Assembly (NCBI GenBank): GCA_032718475.1
Contig: JAUCBJ010003703.1
Location: 1-64,000, forward strand
DNA: 64,000 bases
DNA from: Nemertoderma westbladi
Taxonomy: Eukaryota; Animalia; Xenacoelomorpha
Reading direction: 5' to 3'
The notes under the pieces were generated by a model. It was not told the origin of the DNA. It searched no databases and was given only the letters and a program-made list of their open reading frames with translations. Position numbers and translations under genes: made by a program. Within the stretch, counting starts at the first letter, position 1. Every line of letters starts with the position of its first letter. This document shows positions 11,443 through 24,109 of this stretch, piece after piece.

Positions 11443-13506
11443 TTACCGGTAACTTTTAGATTTATGAACAGAATTGATATGGGTGTTTAGGCAGTCTTGC
11501 CGACTGAATTCTTTATTACAATAACCGCATTTATGTTTGATATCTTGGTGAACGTATTTGATATGTTGTTTTAGCAAATGATTTTACACAATGAAAACAG
11601 TTTTACTTAATACCTTTATGAAAGTAGTTCACATGGGTGTTTACCTTTGCTGGCTGAATTCTTTATTACAATAACCGCACTTATATTTAATATCTTTACG
11701 TATATATAGAGTAGAGTTGCAACAGAGACCTGTTTTTCTTAATCCCGGTAAACCAGAGACCTACCCAGAGAATTATTTTGAAAAATACCGGAGACCAGAG
11801 CCGGAGATCAGAGACTTGGCTTATTTTTCTACTTACATTTTGATTAGTCCCATAAAGCACAGACAGGTACATATGGACTGATAACTATTTTTATATGGTT
11901 GAATTACAGTAACTCCAACCCATGTCAACCCTGACCCATTGGAATAAAATAAGCGCACGTACACGTACAGGTTGGGGGACTTAATTAATATTAATTTGGT
12001 TATTTGTTTATTAATTCGTTCTTATTTTGTTATTGTTAATAATATGGGGACTCTTACACTTTACCGTGCCATTATAGCCATATTTTGATATAATAAAATG
12101 ATCTTAAAATATTTGTTCTAGAACAAAAAAGATTTGTTCTAGAACAACATTTTTATATTAAATGTATAGATAATATGTTCTAGAGCATTAAAAAAGAAAC
12201 AAAAACTAGCTAGTATAAAAAATCTATACTAAGATAACATACAATAAAAAATTAACAAGTTAGCTAGTGCTTTGTATTTTTTGTTCTAGAACAAAAAATA
12301 TTTGTTCTAGAACAACATTTTTATATGAAATAGATTGATAATGCTCTCGAACATTTAAAAGACAAGAAACAAAAACTAGCTAGCTTGCCATTTTACCAAT
12401 TTTTTGATATAATAAAATGATAGTTTTTAATCTATAATATCATAATTAGGGAAACTACTGTAGAAGGAAGTGAAGGAAGTGTACCCGGTTTAGTAACAAA
12501 CAATAAAAACAATAGCTACACAAAACGTAACAAAATGTAATTGTACGTAGAGTAAATTACGGTATCACTTGCGTAAATATATATTATAACAATTATATTT
12601 TTTTGAATTATATTGAATGTATAAGTGGCTCGGCAAACTGTAAGAGAGCCATAATATGTTACATAAATTTGTTTTGCGCCATAGGTACTGGTACTTTGTT
12701 AATTAAAGGCACTTATTTTACAAATTGTTCAAATCATATACATTTCATTCAATGTACTATAAAATAAACTTAGTAAATTACAAATACAGTGCACAGGTAT
12801 GGTACTCTACTCGCCCCATTTACAAGCCTCGTTATGCTCGTTTTCTTCATTTGGTCGTCATATTATCTATCCTACAACAAGTTGAATGGAGATCATCTTT
12901 CACTTTTAGACATTATGGGTGCTCAAATTAAGCACCTTTATCCTTAAATAAGAACCCTCTTTAGGTGCTAATTTAACTTAAAATTAAACGAACCTTAAAT
13001 TAATTAAATAGAAGATTATCGGTACATTTAGTTTGAGTCAGATTTAGAGTTAGATTAAAAACAGTGTAAAAGTGAATATATAATTTTGTTGAAGCAGAGT
13101 ATTAAAAATAGTTAAAAATTAAAGATATTATTAATTGTAAAAAAATTGTGAAAAATAATCTTTATTTCTCATTTTGTGTTGTACAGGATCTATTTTTAAA
13201 TAACTAATTCTAAATTGGAAAATCACTGATCTCTGGGTAAAATGTGTGTTTTCAATACCCGGGAACCAGAGACCTATCCAGAGACTAAAAAATAGCCCGG
13301 AGAATCCAGAGATCAGTGACAGGTCTCTGTTACAACTCTAATATAGAGTCGATATGTTGTTTTAGAACGCATTTTTTAGCAAATGATTTCCCACAATAGG
13401 AGCAGCTATACTTGAAGACACCTTTGTGGGCAAAGTTAATGTGGGTGTTTAGACTCCTTTGATAGCTGAATTCTTTATGACAATAACCGCACTTATGTTT
13501 TACATC
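11443..13506 (-). pseudogene. Decayed 3' continuation of the zinc-finger array (about 5 further fingers), split by a hAT insertion
   Basis: After the TAA at 13507-13509 the frame continues DVKHKCGYCHKEFSYQRSLNTHINFAH and CSYCGKSFAKKCVLKQHIDSI up to the hAT. Below 11711, frameshifted or partly deleted fingers end ...QDCLNTHINSVHKSKSYR-stop (11443-11445). Confidence 0.88.
11712..13340. mobile_element. Non-autonomous hAT element (MITE)
   Basis: TIRs TAGAGTTGCAACAGAGACCT / AGGTCTCTGTTACAACTCTA (19/20). 8-bp TSD ATATAGAG (11704-11711, 13341-13348). CCAGAGA subterminal repeats. Internal duplicated TTGTTCTAGAACAA palindromes. Confidence 0.93.
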
Positions 13507-15174
13507 TTAGTGAACGGATTCGATATGTTGTTTTAGTACGGCTTTTCTAGCAAATGATTTTCCACAATGAAAACAGTTGAACTTGATATCTTTATGGGAG
13601 TAGTTGATATGAGTGTTTAGATACGTTAGCTGACTGAATTCTTTATGACAATAACCGCACTTATGTTTTATATCCTTATGTATAGAGTCGACATGTCGTT
13701 TTAGTACGGCTTTTGTAGCAAATGATTTTCCACAATCGAAACAGTTGTACTTGATATCTTTATGAAAGTAGTTCACATGAGTGTTTAGATTCCTTTGCTG
13801 ACTGAATTCTTTATTACAATAATCGCACTTATGTTTTATATCTTTATGTATAGAGTCGATATGTTGTTTTAGAGCGCCTTTTTGACCAAATGATTTTCCA
13901 CAATCAGAGCAGCTATACTTGATGATACCTTTGTGGGCAAAGTTAATGTGGTTGTTTAGATCCCATTGCCGGCTGAATTCTCTATTACAATAACCGCACT
14001 TAGGTTTGATATCTTTATGTATAGAGTCGACATGTCGGTTTAGTTCGGCCTTTGTAACAAATGATTTTCCACAATCAAAACATTTGTACTTGATATCTTT
14101 ATGAAAGTAGTTCACATGGGTGTTTAGACTACCTTGCTGGCTGAATTCTTTATTACAATAACCGCACTTATGTTTTATATCTTTGTGAACGGATTCGATA
14201 TGTTGTTTTAGTTGGCATTTTCTAGCAAATGATTTTCCACAATGAAAACAGTTGAACTTGATATCTTTATGGGAATAGTTGATATGGGTGTTTAGATACG
14301 TTAGCTGACTGAATTCTTTATTACAATAACCGCACTTATGTTTGACATCTTTATGTATACTGTCGAAATGCCGTTTTAGGTCGTGTTTGTAACGAAATTC
14401 TTTATTACAATAACCGCACTTATGCTTGATATCTTTATGTATAAAGTCGACATGTCGTTTTAGTACGGCTTTTGTAGCAAATGATTTTCCACAATCGTAG
14501 CAGCTATACTTGATGATACCTTTGTGGGCAAAGTTAACGTGGGTGTTTAGCCTACTTTGATAGCTGAATTCTTTATTACAATAACCGCACTTATGTTTGT
14601 TATCTTTATGGGTAGCGTCAACATGCTTCTTTACATATTTTTTTCTTTTACACACTTTCTCACAATAATCGCATTTATACTTATTCTTGACGTCTTTATA
14701 AACGGATTCTATATGTCTCTCTAAATTTCCTTTGTTATTAAATAATTCATTGCAATGCAAACAGGAACTGGTATCTGAAGAAGATACCAACTCCCCAACA
14801 GTTTCATTAGAATTGCCGGACTCTGTTGTTGCACAACTGATTGTTGGTTCTGTACCTTCAGTTCCAATAGGCCTACGATACGAACAGTCTGGATTGTTGT
14901 TTTCCCGTTTTTCAACAATAAAAGAATCTCCAGATGGTTCATAGGAAATATCTTCGTCATCTAGTAAAGGGACAACATCTACTCTACCGAACAAATTGAT
15001 GTGATCTTCGATGGGAGATGATCCGTAAACGCAGTTCTCTTGATTAACATCAAGATAATAGGGGGTGGAGTCTGTTGGTTCTTTCTTTATAATCATACAA
15101 TCTGATTGTTCTTTCTTTAGAATTATACCGGCACCAGATGATTTCTCTTTCAATAAATTAGTATGTTTATCCAT
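13507..15174 (-). CDS. Tandem C2H2 zinc-finger protein (about 555 aa, 15 fingers, the first degenerate)
   Basis: Uninterrupted ORF; first ATG at 15174 (the ORF track starts at TTG 15180). N-terminal IKKEP motif, then mostly alternating CGYCNKEF..LNTHxNxxH and CxxCGKSF..LKxHxxSxH fingers with KDIK linkers. An upstream exon cannot be excluded. Confidence 0.85.
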   Translation of the reverse strand: MDKHTNLLKEKSSGAGIILKKEQSDCMIIKKEPTDSTPYYLDVNQENCVYGSSPIEDHINLFGRVDVVPLLDDEDISYEPSGDSFIVEKRENNNPDCSYRRPIGTEGTEPTISCATTESGNSNETVGELVSSSDTSSCLHCNELFNNKGNLERHIESVYKDVKNKYKCDYCEKVCKRKKYVKKHVDATHKDNKHKCGYCNKEFSYQSRLNTHVNFAHKGIIKYSCYDCGKSFATKAVLKRHVDFIHKDIKHKCGYCNKEFRYKHDLKRHFDSIHKDVKHKCGYCNKEFSQLTYLNTHINYSHKDIKFNCFHCGKSFARKCQLKQHIESVHKDIKHKCGYCNKEFSQQGSLNTHVNYFHKDIKYKCFDCGKSFVTKAELNRHVDSIHKDIKPKCGYCNREFSRQWDLNNHINFAHKGIIKYSCSDCGKSFGQKGALKQHIDSIHKDIKHKCDYCNKEFSQQRNLNTHVNYFHKDIKYNCFDCGKSFATKAVLKRHVDSIHKDIKHKCGYCHKEFSQLTYLNTHINYSHKDIKFNCFHCGKSFARKAVLKQHIESVH

Positions 15175-17184
15175 TATCAAATCTTCAATAAATATTAATC
15201 AATAAATTAAATACAGGTGGCAGTAGTTTTAGGTATGTCAAGCTCTTCACTAATAAAAATTTCACGCGATGTAAATATAATAAATAGATTATATAAGAGC
15301 GTTCAAAAGTTGCATGTCACTGTAACGGAATGGAGCAGGTTATAGTAACAGTGACAAACAAATGGAACCAAAAGAAAACTATCACTACTACAGTACCAGC
15401 AGTACCAGTACGATTCGAGAGTAAAAGTTTAGGTGATTTATTAAATATGTTATTGGCAATTGAATTAAAGAGACAGAGTGTGCTACGTACGGTCGCGGTT
15501 GTATGAAACTACGAAAGTTCCTATGTAACAAACTTCGCCCGCGTTTGAACTTAAGTAATTAATTACCGGTACCTAATACTTAAACAAAAACTCAAGTTCG
15601 TGTAGTTGACTATGAAACTGTAACCTGTAAAGCCCATGGCGACGGACATTGTCAATACTGCTAACTTTGAAGGTCGATTTCACTTGGTTGCTATGGTATT
15701 TTCAAAAAAACTAAATATGCCATTCACTTCATCATATCAAAAATATTAATCTTCAATAAATTTTAACTCATCATATCTATAGATATACTATAAGAGCTGT
15801 TGCTATGGCAGTTTCCTCCGTTGCTATGTTTAAGACCCTCTTAAAAACCAGCTCAACCTTTTGGTGAAGTCTACCCAATTTGTTTATAATGTCCGATATC
15901 AGTACTAAACATCTAGATGGTGTGGCTCAGTCGTATAAAAACACTCACGGGGTCATAGGCTGGAGCCTGTATTACATATAGAAACACCTAGATTTATAAA
16001 CATTGAGGCAGAAAACAACAGTTGGACATTTTTTTACCTACGAAATTAAACATCATGATTACTGAAATATTTCCGTTGCTATGTTAACCCGAGCGGGTTT
16101 TATAAATTGCAGAAATAGATAACAATTCAACCAGTGTGTATAAGTGTGGAACAATTCAACCAGTGTGTACGTACACTGCGTTGTACCGGTACTGGACTAG
16201 ACTTTGAATGATACAGACTGAACTCTGAAACTGTAAGCTTGACGATGAGTATGGTCACCATACTATGGTGTGGCATTCAAGGCGATAAAAGCTCTGTTAG
16301 ATGGAAACCACAACGAGTCTAAACGACAAAACGAAGTTTGGACTTCGTCGTCTTCATTCGAAGTTTATTGGACATCAGTCTTCCATTCCGGCTTTATTTA
16401 GACTCGGCAACCTTGTTCTCGGGTTTACTATTACTCCATGTGCCAGTGCCATCTGCCATGTTTATGTTCAACCGATAATTTTTCGCCGCCACATCATCGT
16501 GACGCCGCCTTCAGGTAGTCGGAATAGTTCATATGAGTAGTTTAGTCTAGTACAGTAGTGCCGGTACACGCAGTGCATTCTACTGAAGTAGGTACCGGTT
16601 CTGGCTATATTGTTATCAATTCTGAGATTTAAAACTCCTTAAAGTTTAAAACTCCTGGCAACGAACGGTACGGCTACGGTAGTTAATTATAGGTAGTTAT
16701 GTCGTTTACTTTTGAATTTTCGCTGAAAAAGTATAAAAAAATACAGCAAACCATAGTTTCTGTCTCATTTTTGATAAATCTATGTGTTTCTAGATGTTTC
16801 GGGCCTTTATCAAACTCGGTGTTTATTCTAGCTGTAGCGTTTCCAGGTATTATTAAGTACGTTTGATTGAACGACCATTCAGCCATTAATTATCTAATGT
16901 CAGGATTGTTTGGCTAGTGTCGTTCAAATGTACTAATACCCTGTTTCCAGGTGTTTCCAGCCATTTTCCAGGGTTTTCAGCTTTTCAGTACATACCAAGG
17001 ACTACTCTACCATTGCAGGTGCAGCCATATACAGGTATAAGCAACAGTCTGACAGTGCTTACCCGTAATATATGAACGCAGAATACACTACACTGAATAA
17101 TGACAATCACAAATATAGGCCTACAGCTGTACAGACCTGCAGACTGACAGACGTCAGGTAGGCTATGGGTTCAGGACTTAATGC

Positions 17185-17340
17185 AACTGACACATACAGA
17201 CATATGGAATCAGCATGCGGATGCATCATCGACCAATCAAAATTGCTAATCATCCCCTTCTATTTCCTTAGAAATTGGAGCCCTCCTATTGGCTTGTTTA
17301 GTCTTACTCTCAAGATTTGTGGTTTTCAAGCAATGTTAGA
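17185..17340 (+). repeat. About 155-bp repeat with an inverted copy at 25409-25562
   Basis: GATGCATCATCGACCAATCAAAATTGCT...GTGGTTTTCAAGCAATGTTAGA is the reverse complement of the 25409-25562 sequence, with small indels. Confidence 0.85.
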
Positions 17341-17574
17341 CTATCTTTCTTATAAGGTTTACTCTGAGGCACCCCCCCCCCCCCCCCCTCCCTCCCTCCC
17401 TCCACCCACCTACAGCTGCCAGTTGTCTATTGACTCTGCTGGCCTTGGAGTTACTCAACTTAGGGAAAATATCATATTCATACAACTTATCGATTCATTC
17501 CATTGTTTTTATTTCAATGCTGCTACTTTTTAAATGCTTAAATGATAGTATATTTCTAGTGTCGGAATACACCA

Positions 17575-18432
17575 CATAACAAATAAATAATATAAATATA
17601 GATATATTAATTTATACATTATGTAAAAACAATAACAAATACACCAAACAATGTACCGGTATAAAGGTATTGTCCAACATAAGAATTATCCCTAAAGCTT
17701 TGCAGCTTATTTCCAAGGGGGTCCTTTATGTTACTTGGTTACAAATACAATATTACACTACGCTAACCTAAAACCAATATAAAACGTAATTACTCTATGT
17801 ACATGTACAACTTTACCAAGAGCGTGACAATGTCCGACTCAACGATAAAGATGTAATGTACAGAATAATTTATTACAAAACGTAATTCAGTAATTACAGT
17901 ATAAATAGTAAATAATTAATAAACTAATAACTTACTGTAGGACTATTGTACCTATTTTTACATTGCACACGGAGGTGAGATTTAACTGCAGATTTAAAAG
18001 AATGTTGATTATCTAGGTTTTTAATTTCATTAGGCAGAGCGTTCCAATTTTTAATACCGTTAAAAAATAAAGTATCAGATTCAAAGTATTTACAATTCGG
18101 GAGGTAGAAGTTTGAAGCACTAGCTCTGGTACTGTAAGAGTGTATCGCGTACTCTGTTGAATTTTTGTTTTAGGTAATTGGGACACTTACCATTATACAC
18201 TTTATGCACATGGTTAAGGCGTAGCTGCTTAACTCTACTTCCTAAGTTAAGTAGTCCATCTTCAGAAAATTCAGCTGGAGTTAGGTGGTGCCTAGGTTTG
18301 TAGTCTTTAATAAATCGTACTACTTTATTCTGAGCTACTTGTAATTTACATTTAAGCTGTTTGGTTAAGCCTACATACCAAGAAGAGCATGCATGCATAG
18401 TCCATGTGCCACTGTATTAAAGAAGAGCAATG
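17575..18432 (-). mobile_element. 5'-truncated CR1-group (L2/Crack-like) LINE: ORF2 C-terminus and 3' UTR
   Basis: ACSSWYVGLTKQLKCKLQVAQNKVVRFI...GIKNWNALPNEIK...FKSAVKSHL, typical of post-RT regions. 3' stem-loop at 17683-17724. Confidence 0.85.
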
Positions 18433-18662
18433 TAACTGGAGAGGATATAAAATGCAGGGGCTGAAGCTTGACGCAAATCCCATCTCGGCAAATTAATATC
18501 TTGTCTCGGTGAATTAAGACTGTTATATCAATTAGATAACTGTTAATATTTTAATTGCGCCGAGTTTGGCAGGATAAAAACTGATTAAATAATTATATAC
18601 ACAATACACAATGAAATAAAATAATGATACAATCATATACTATTGAATTAATAATTAAAAAG

Positions 18663-21430
18663 TTATGTGTTGGCCCATTGCAAGAGAGTTCTTTTGTTAT
18701 TTAAACAATGTAGGAGGTGGTAGATCATGGCTGTCTGGCCGCATAACTCGCATCGGGAGTAGTCTCCTGGTTGGTGGAAGGTTTTCGTACGGCACACGGC
18801 GTGGTGGAAACCGTGGATAGAGAACCTTGTCACCACGTGTCTCTGTGGTTCATTTGCGCCTGCCCATTTTCGGTTGGCGAACGCCATCGAGTTCCAGAAT
18901 TCTTTGGGGATTTTGCTAATTTTTGTGTTGACAATGTCCGATATTTCTGAAATTCACAGGTTTGAGGCAAATGTAGCTCAACAGCCAGCTGTGAAACTTG
19001 GGTCTTCTCGCCGCATAGCGCCAGAACGAGCCAGTTGTGGGTCGTTTTATGTAGCCCCAGGACCCGTTTGATCTATGTGGCTTTAATTTTATCTAGTGTG
19101 TGCATGTTGTTTGCTGAGAGAAATGGCCATATTTCGCGGAAACAATACGTTATTGTCGGTTGGACTTTTAATTTACATAATTTTGTAGCGGTTTCAACTG
19201 AGAGTAGTTGGGGTTTCTTAATATTATGGATAACTGTGATGGCTTTACAGATAATCAATGTAGTATGCTTTGTAAATGACAATGACGACTGCAATGTAAT
19301 CCCAAGATATTTATAAGAGTTTGTCATTGGTACCATATTCCCATTGTATATGGATTTATCAGCTGCGCTCAGACGACCGCCTCGGCGAAACTTAATTATA
19401 GCAGTTTTCTTTAAGTTGACCCGGAGCCCGTTTTCTGAGGCCCATCGCGCTAAGGCATCCAGTCCCAACTGAATGGCCTCTCTGGAGTCGCTGTAGAACA
19501 GCAGATCGTCGGCGAATAGGAGGATGATTAATTCTCCAACCCATCGGGCTACTCCAGTGATATATAGTACGATATCCCATATGAATATAATCAATAATAG
19601 GGGGCTTAGCGAGTCACCTTGAGGTACTCCTCGGGTTTGTTTAATAGTCTTAGATAGCCGTAGCCCGTCTGAAACTCGCATAAAACTGGTTGACAATATC
19701 GCTTTAATGAGTCGATATAGATTCCTCTTAATATTGAAGTGGTTTTTCAATTTAAAAAGTAACCTTGATCTGGGCACCGTGTCGAATGCCTTCCTGAAGT
19801 CCACGAACACCGCTTATAGTGGTTTTCGCGGAGTAGCCAGGTTATTGAATATCCGGTTTACTAGCTGTGCTATTGGCATCTTAGTGGATCGACCAGGCAG
19901 GAAACCAAACTGTTCCGCCAGGATACGGTGAATTACAAGAGCCCGTAGTCAGTTCGCTACAAGACTAGTTAGTACCTTATACGCATTACAGAGCAGAGCA
20001 ATACCTCTATAGCAGTCTGGATCGTGTCAGGAACCTGACCCCTTGAAGAGGACCTTGATGATGCTGTGTTTCCAGCTATTAACAAGTGCACCCAACACCA
20101 GGCAGATATTGAATAAAGTAGTCCATAGAGTATGGTTAATAGAATGGCTGCCTGCAAGAGTTCATATGGAAGTTGGTCCGGACCCCCTTACTTACCAGCT
20201 GGTTTGGTGTTGAACGCAGCAGCGACTTCCTCGACCGAAAACTACGGGATGTCATCACCCGATTCGTCGCCCGAGTCCCGAGTCTAGTGGAATTTCCGAG
20301 GATGCCTCTGATTGGAGTACGTCCTCGAAGTGGCTCTCCCACTTTTCTAGAGGAACTGGACAGTTGGTCGATGTATTCAATTTCTTTGTCCCTTTGTAGG
20401 GTTTAGTTTCCGCGTCTGTTATTAGCTTCTTCTCGGTTTGTAAGGCAAAGTCATTCTGCTTAACTTTCAGCATAGATTTATATTCCCGCTTGCATTCGCA
20501 TAGCCTCTGGGAGGCCGAGGGATCAGATTTAACCGTTGCGTGGAGTGCGAGCACCTACCGTCGTTTAGAGTACCATTGCACATCGAACGAGGGTTTAGCG
20601 AAATGCGTCGTAGTTTTACGTAGGGGGGCGACATCTTTAATAGCGCCTGAGAGCGATTTATACGCTTCACCGATGCGGTTCTCCCGCAGTAAATTATTTG
20701 TATGATTAAGGCGATAGTTAGATTGTAGCTTTGGAATGTGGATTTCCCGTTTTCGGAGTGGTTGATTTCCGGCTAACAGGGGCTGAGGAGCTGTCCAGTT
20801 CCAGTTCCAGCTAGCTTTCACTGGTACATGTTTCCTTAGACATCGCGGTTTGCAGTTTATTGTCTGGACCGGTCTGTTAGAGTAAAATAGATCGATACCA
20901 CTACTTCCGTTATGGCATATGTATGTTGGTACCTTGCGATTATTTTGTAGCGATAGACCGATATCGTCCATTAGTTCCTCAAAGGCTGTGGTTTTGATAT
21001 TGTCCGCAATGTCGACCCGCGCATTAAAGTCTCCACCAATGACGACAGGGCCTCCGAAATTATCAGGAATTTGATCGGTAACAGTCAAAACGCCGACAAT
21101 GAAATCCTCAAGGGCTGTTTGAGGGGGAAAGTAACAGCAAGAAAATAAACCGAAGTCTGTGCTAACAGTTACACCAGAAGAGTCCATATGGATTAGGTTT
21201 GGGTTTAGATGCGGTTTAACCACAATTGTTATTCCACCGATGGGCCGACCTCGACCTATTGGTTTTGTAGCTGGTATAGTATCTGGTAATATCTACCTTT
21301 TTGTCTGAAGTTGCCAACGCTTCCGTAAACATCAGGATGTCGCTGTCGAAGACCGTGTCGTTGTGAGAGAGTCCCAGGACTGATTGTAAGCCTTCAACAT
21401 TCCATAGAACGGCACATAATGTTACCCGAT
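18663..21430 (-). pseudogene. LINE ORF2 (AP endonuclease + reverse transcriptase + C-terminal CCHC), frameshifted
   Basis: WNVEGL, GGDFNAR, TYICHNGSSGIDLF (endonuclease); FVDFRKAFDTVPR, GVPQGDSLSPLL, LLFADDL, YKYLG (RT); CELCGQTAMIYHLLHC at the end. Split over several ORFs. Confidence 0.93.
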
Positions 21431-21790
21431 GTTGGCGTTATTGGAGAGGCCCTAGTGGTCGGTGCTGCTGGTGTTGCAACCTTAATTGAAATTGAAGAAG
21501 TTTGGTCCTCGGTCAGTAGTCAGTTCAAATTCCCGACACATGTTCCCTGCACTGGGGTTTTGTTGCAGCTTTAGGTTCGCCCTTTCTGCTTGACTAAGGT
21601 ATTGTCTTGTAATAGTTGCACCCTTGGGCCAATTTCCTGGTGTATATATTGCTTCCCAGGATTCATCATTTGGGCAAACCACATGAAAAGTCGCATAGTT
21701 TGGTCGCAGAGTGGCATCGTTGTCAGTAGCAGGAAGGAGATTAAACACATGATCCACGGCGATATTTCTCCCTGCAAGATGTGTTTTGAC

Positions 21791-24109
21791 TAGGGTTCAA
21801 CAGAAGGCACTTTATGGGGCCGAACCGAACCGAACCGAAGCAGGGCCAACTTCGGGCCGAACCGAACCGAATCCGAACCGAAGTTCAGAAAGTTAGCAAG
21901 TTATGGTCATAAAATCGTATTTACGTCACTATAATGGCTGACTGGCAGTGGCAGACTGGCACCTATTTGGTGTGCGGACTTAGCAAGAAAGCTATGATTA
22001 ATTAAAAAAATAAGTACTACAAAATAAAATGGCAATATTTACATTACTGTACATTACTAACCTAAACTACTGTGTACGTACTGTACTGCTGTATGCACCA
22101 CATTATCACCCGTAGTAAGCCGTACAGTAGTGACATCAAATTTAGAAAACCTCACTAAAAGTACAGGTAGTCTTTGTAATACTATTTATATGAGGTAGTA
22201 GGTATATTTGGTATTATGTATCAAAGTTATGATTAATTAAAAAATAGGTACTACAATAAAATGGCAATGTTTAGCCTAACCTAAACTACTGTATAATTAA
22301 GCTAATTTTGAAACTACCCAAGTAAACTGGAAACAATTAAAAAAATAATGCCATTTAAATGGAAGTTCAGTCCAAAATTAAGGGTGTAAACGTTAAGCAG
22401 ACAGTGGTGCAGACACCTGGTGCGGACAGTGGTGCAGACACTGGTGCAGACAGTGGTGCAGACAGTCTGACTGTGGTGCACCGTGCAGACAGAGGTGCAG
22501 ACACTGGTGCAGACAGTGGTGCAGACACTGGTGCAGACTGCAGACAGTGGTGCAGAAACTGGCTGACTGGTGCAGGCAGACAGTGGTGCAGCGTGCAGAC
22601 ACTGGTGCAGAGAGTGGTGCAGACACTGGCAACTGGTGCAGACAGTGGTGCAGACACTGGTGCAGACAGTGGTGCAGACAGTGATGCAGACACTGGTGCA
22701 GACAATGGTGCAGACAGTGGCTGAGTGGTTCAGACAGTGGCGCAGAAAGTGGTGCAGACACTGGTGCAGGCAGTGGTGCAGACGCTGGTGCAGACAGTGG
22801 TGCAGACACTGGTGCAGACAGTGGTGCAGACAGTGATGCAGACACCTGATGCGGACAGTGGTGCAGACAGTGGTGCAGACAGTGGTGCATGACACCTGGT
22901 GAAAATACTGAAATACCAGAGTACCACAAAACACAATACCACCAGGCACTATTATATTATATTTTATCATAGAATTTATTATCTGCAAATATGCGAGTAA
23001 CTACTGAAAGGTTCTACATGAAGTAGGGAGGACGTATGTAGTACATGAGGGATGTGTGGGGGTGAATGTGCCCTAATTAAAAATAATTATAAGTGGTGCG
23101 TACCGTACGAAAGTAATTAATCGGTATTCCCGTTTTCATATAAACAATAATGTCTATAAATTGTAAGCAGCAATGTCTCCAAGGAATAAGGTTTAAGCGA
23201 CAGTGTTTGATTGTTTATACATGACCTACTTTATACAGAGTATGTTTAATTTGTTTACCTTTACTGGAGCCACTGCTTATTACTTTATAATAAAACGAGC
23301 TCATTGAGTTATTGTCTCATGCTGGGGATATACATTCACTAACTACAGTAAGGTCTCAGGAATTCTTAGCCCGCGAGTATTCTTAGCCTGCGAGTATTAT
23401 TGGCCCTTGGGTATTCTTAGCCCGCAAAACAATAACGTTTATTGTTTTGGTTCCCCCAATACTCCTCTGAAACCTGCTCCTTTACTAACCTGCTCACCCC
23501 TTTACTGTCTGCACCAGAGTCTGCACCACTGTCTGCACCACTGTCTGCACTAGTGTCTGCACCACTGTCTGCACCAGTGTCTGCACCACTGTCTGCACCA
23601 GTGTCTGCACCACTGTCTACACCACTGCCTGCACCAGTGTCTGCTCCACTGTCGGCACTAGGTGTCTGCATCACTGTCTGCTCCACTGTCTGCACCAGTG
23701 TCTGCACCACTGTCTGCACCACTGTCTGCACCACTGTCTGCACCACTGTCTGCACCATTGTCTGCACCACTGTCTGCACCATTGTCTGCACCACTGTCTG
23801 CACCAGGTGTCTGCACGACTGTCTCTACCAGGTGTCTGCACCAGTGTCTGCACCACTGTCTGCACCACTGTCTGCTCTGCACCAGTGTCTGCTTAACGTT
23901 TACACCCCAAAATTAATTTGTACAACGATGGACAGATTGATTAGTCTTTCTGTCTTCTGGTCTTAGCTCAATCAGTCAATGTAATACTTGGAATATTTAG
24001 CAAAGTTTGCTCCGGGCTTCTGCAGTATCAATTGCAGAAGCCGAACCGAACCGAAATTGCCAAACTTCGGCCCGAACCGAACCGAAGCCGAAGCTTCTGT
24101 TGAGCCCTA
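21791..24109. mobile_element. Non-autonomous hAT element (MITE)
   Basis: TIRs TAGGGTTCAACAGAAG / CTTCTGTTGAGCCCTA (15/16). 8-bp TSD GTTTTGAC (21783-21790, 24110-24117). CCGAA subterminal repeats. Confidence 0.93.
22382..23907. mobile_element. Mutator/Foldback-type element with arms made of a 12-bp minisatellite
   Basis: Ends GGGTGTAAACGTTAAGCAGACA / TGTCTGCTTAACGTTTACACCC. 9-bp TSD CAAAATTAA (22373-22381, 23908-23916). Inverted (CTGCACCACTGT)n arrays at about 22397-22900 and 23504-23892. Confidence 0.92.
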
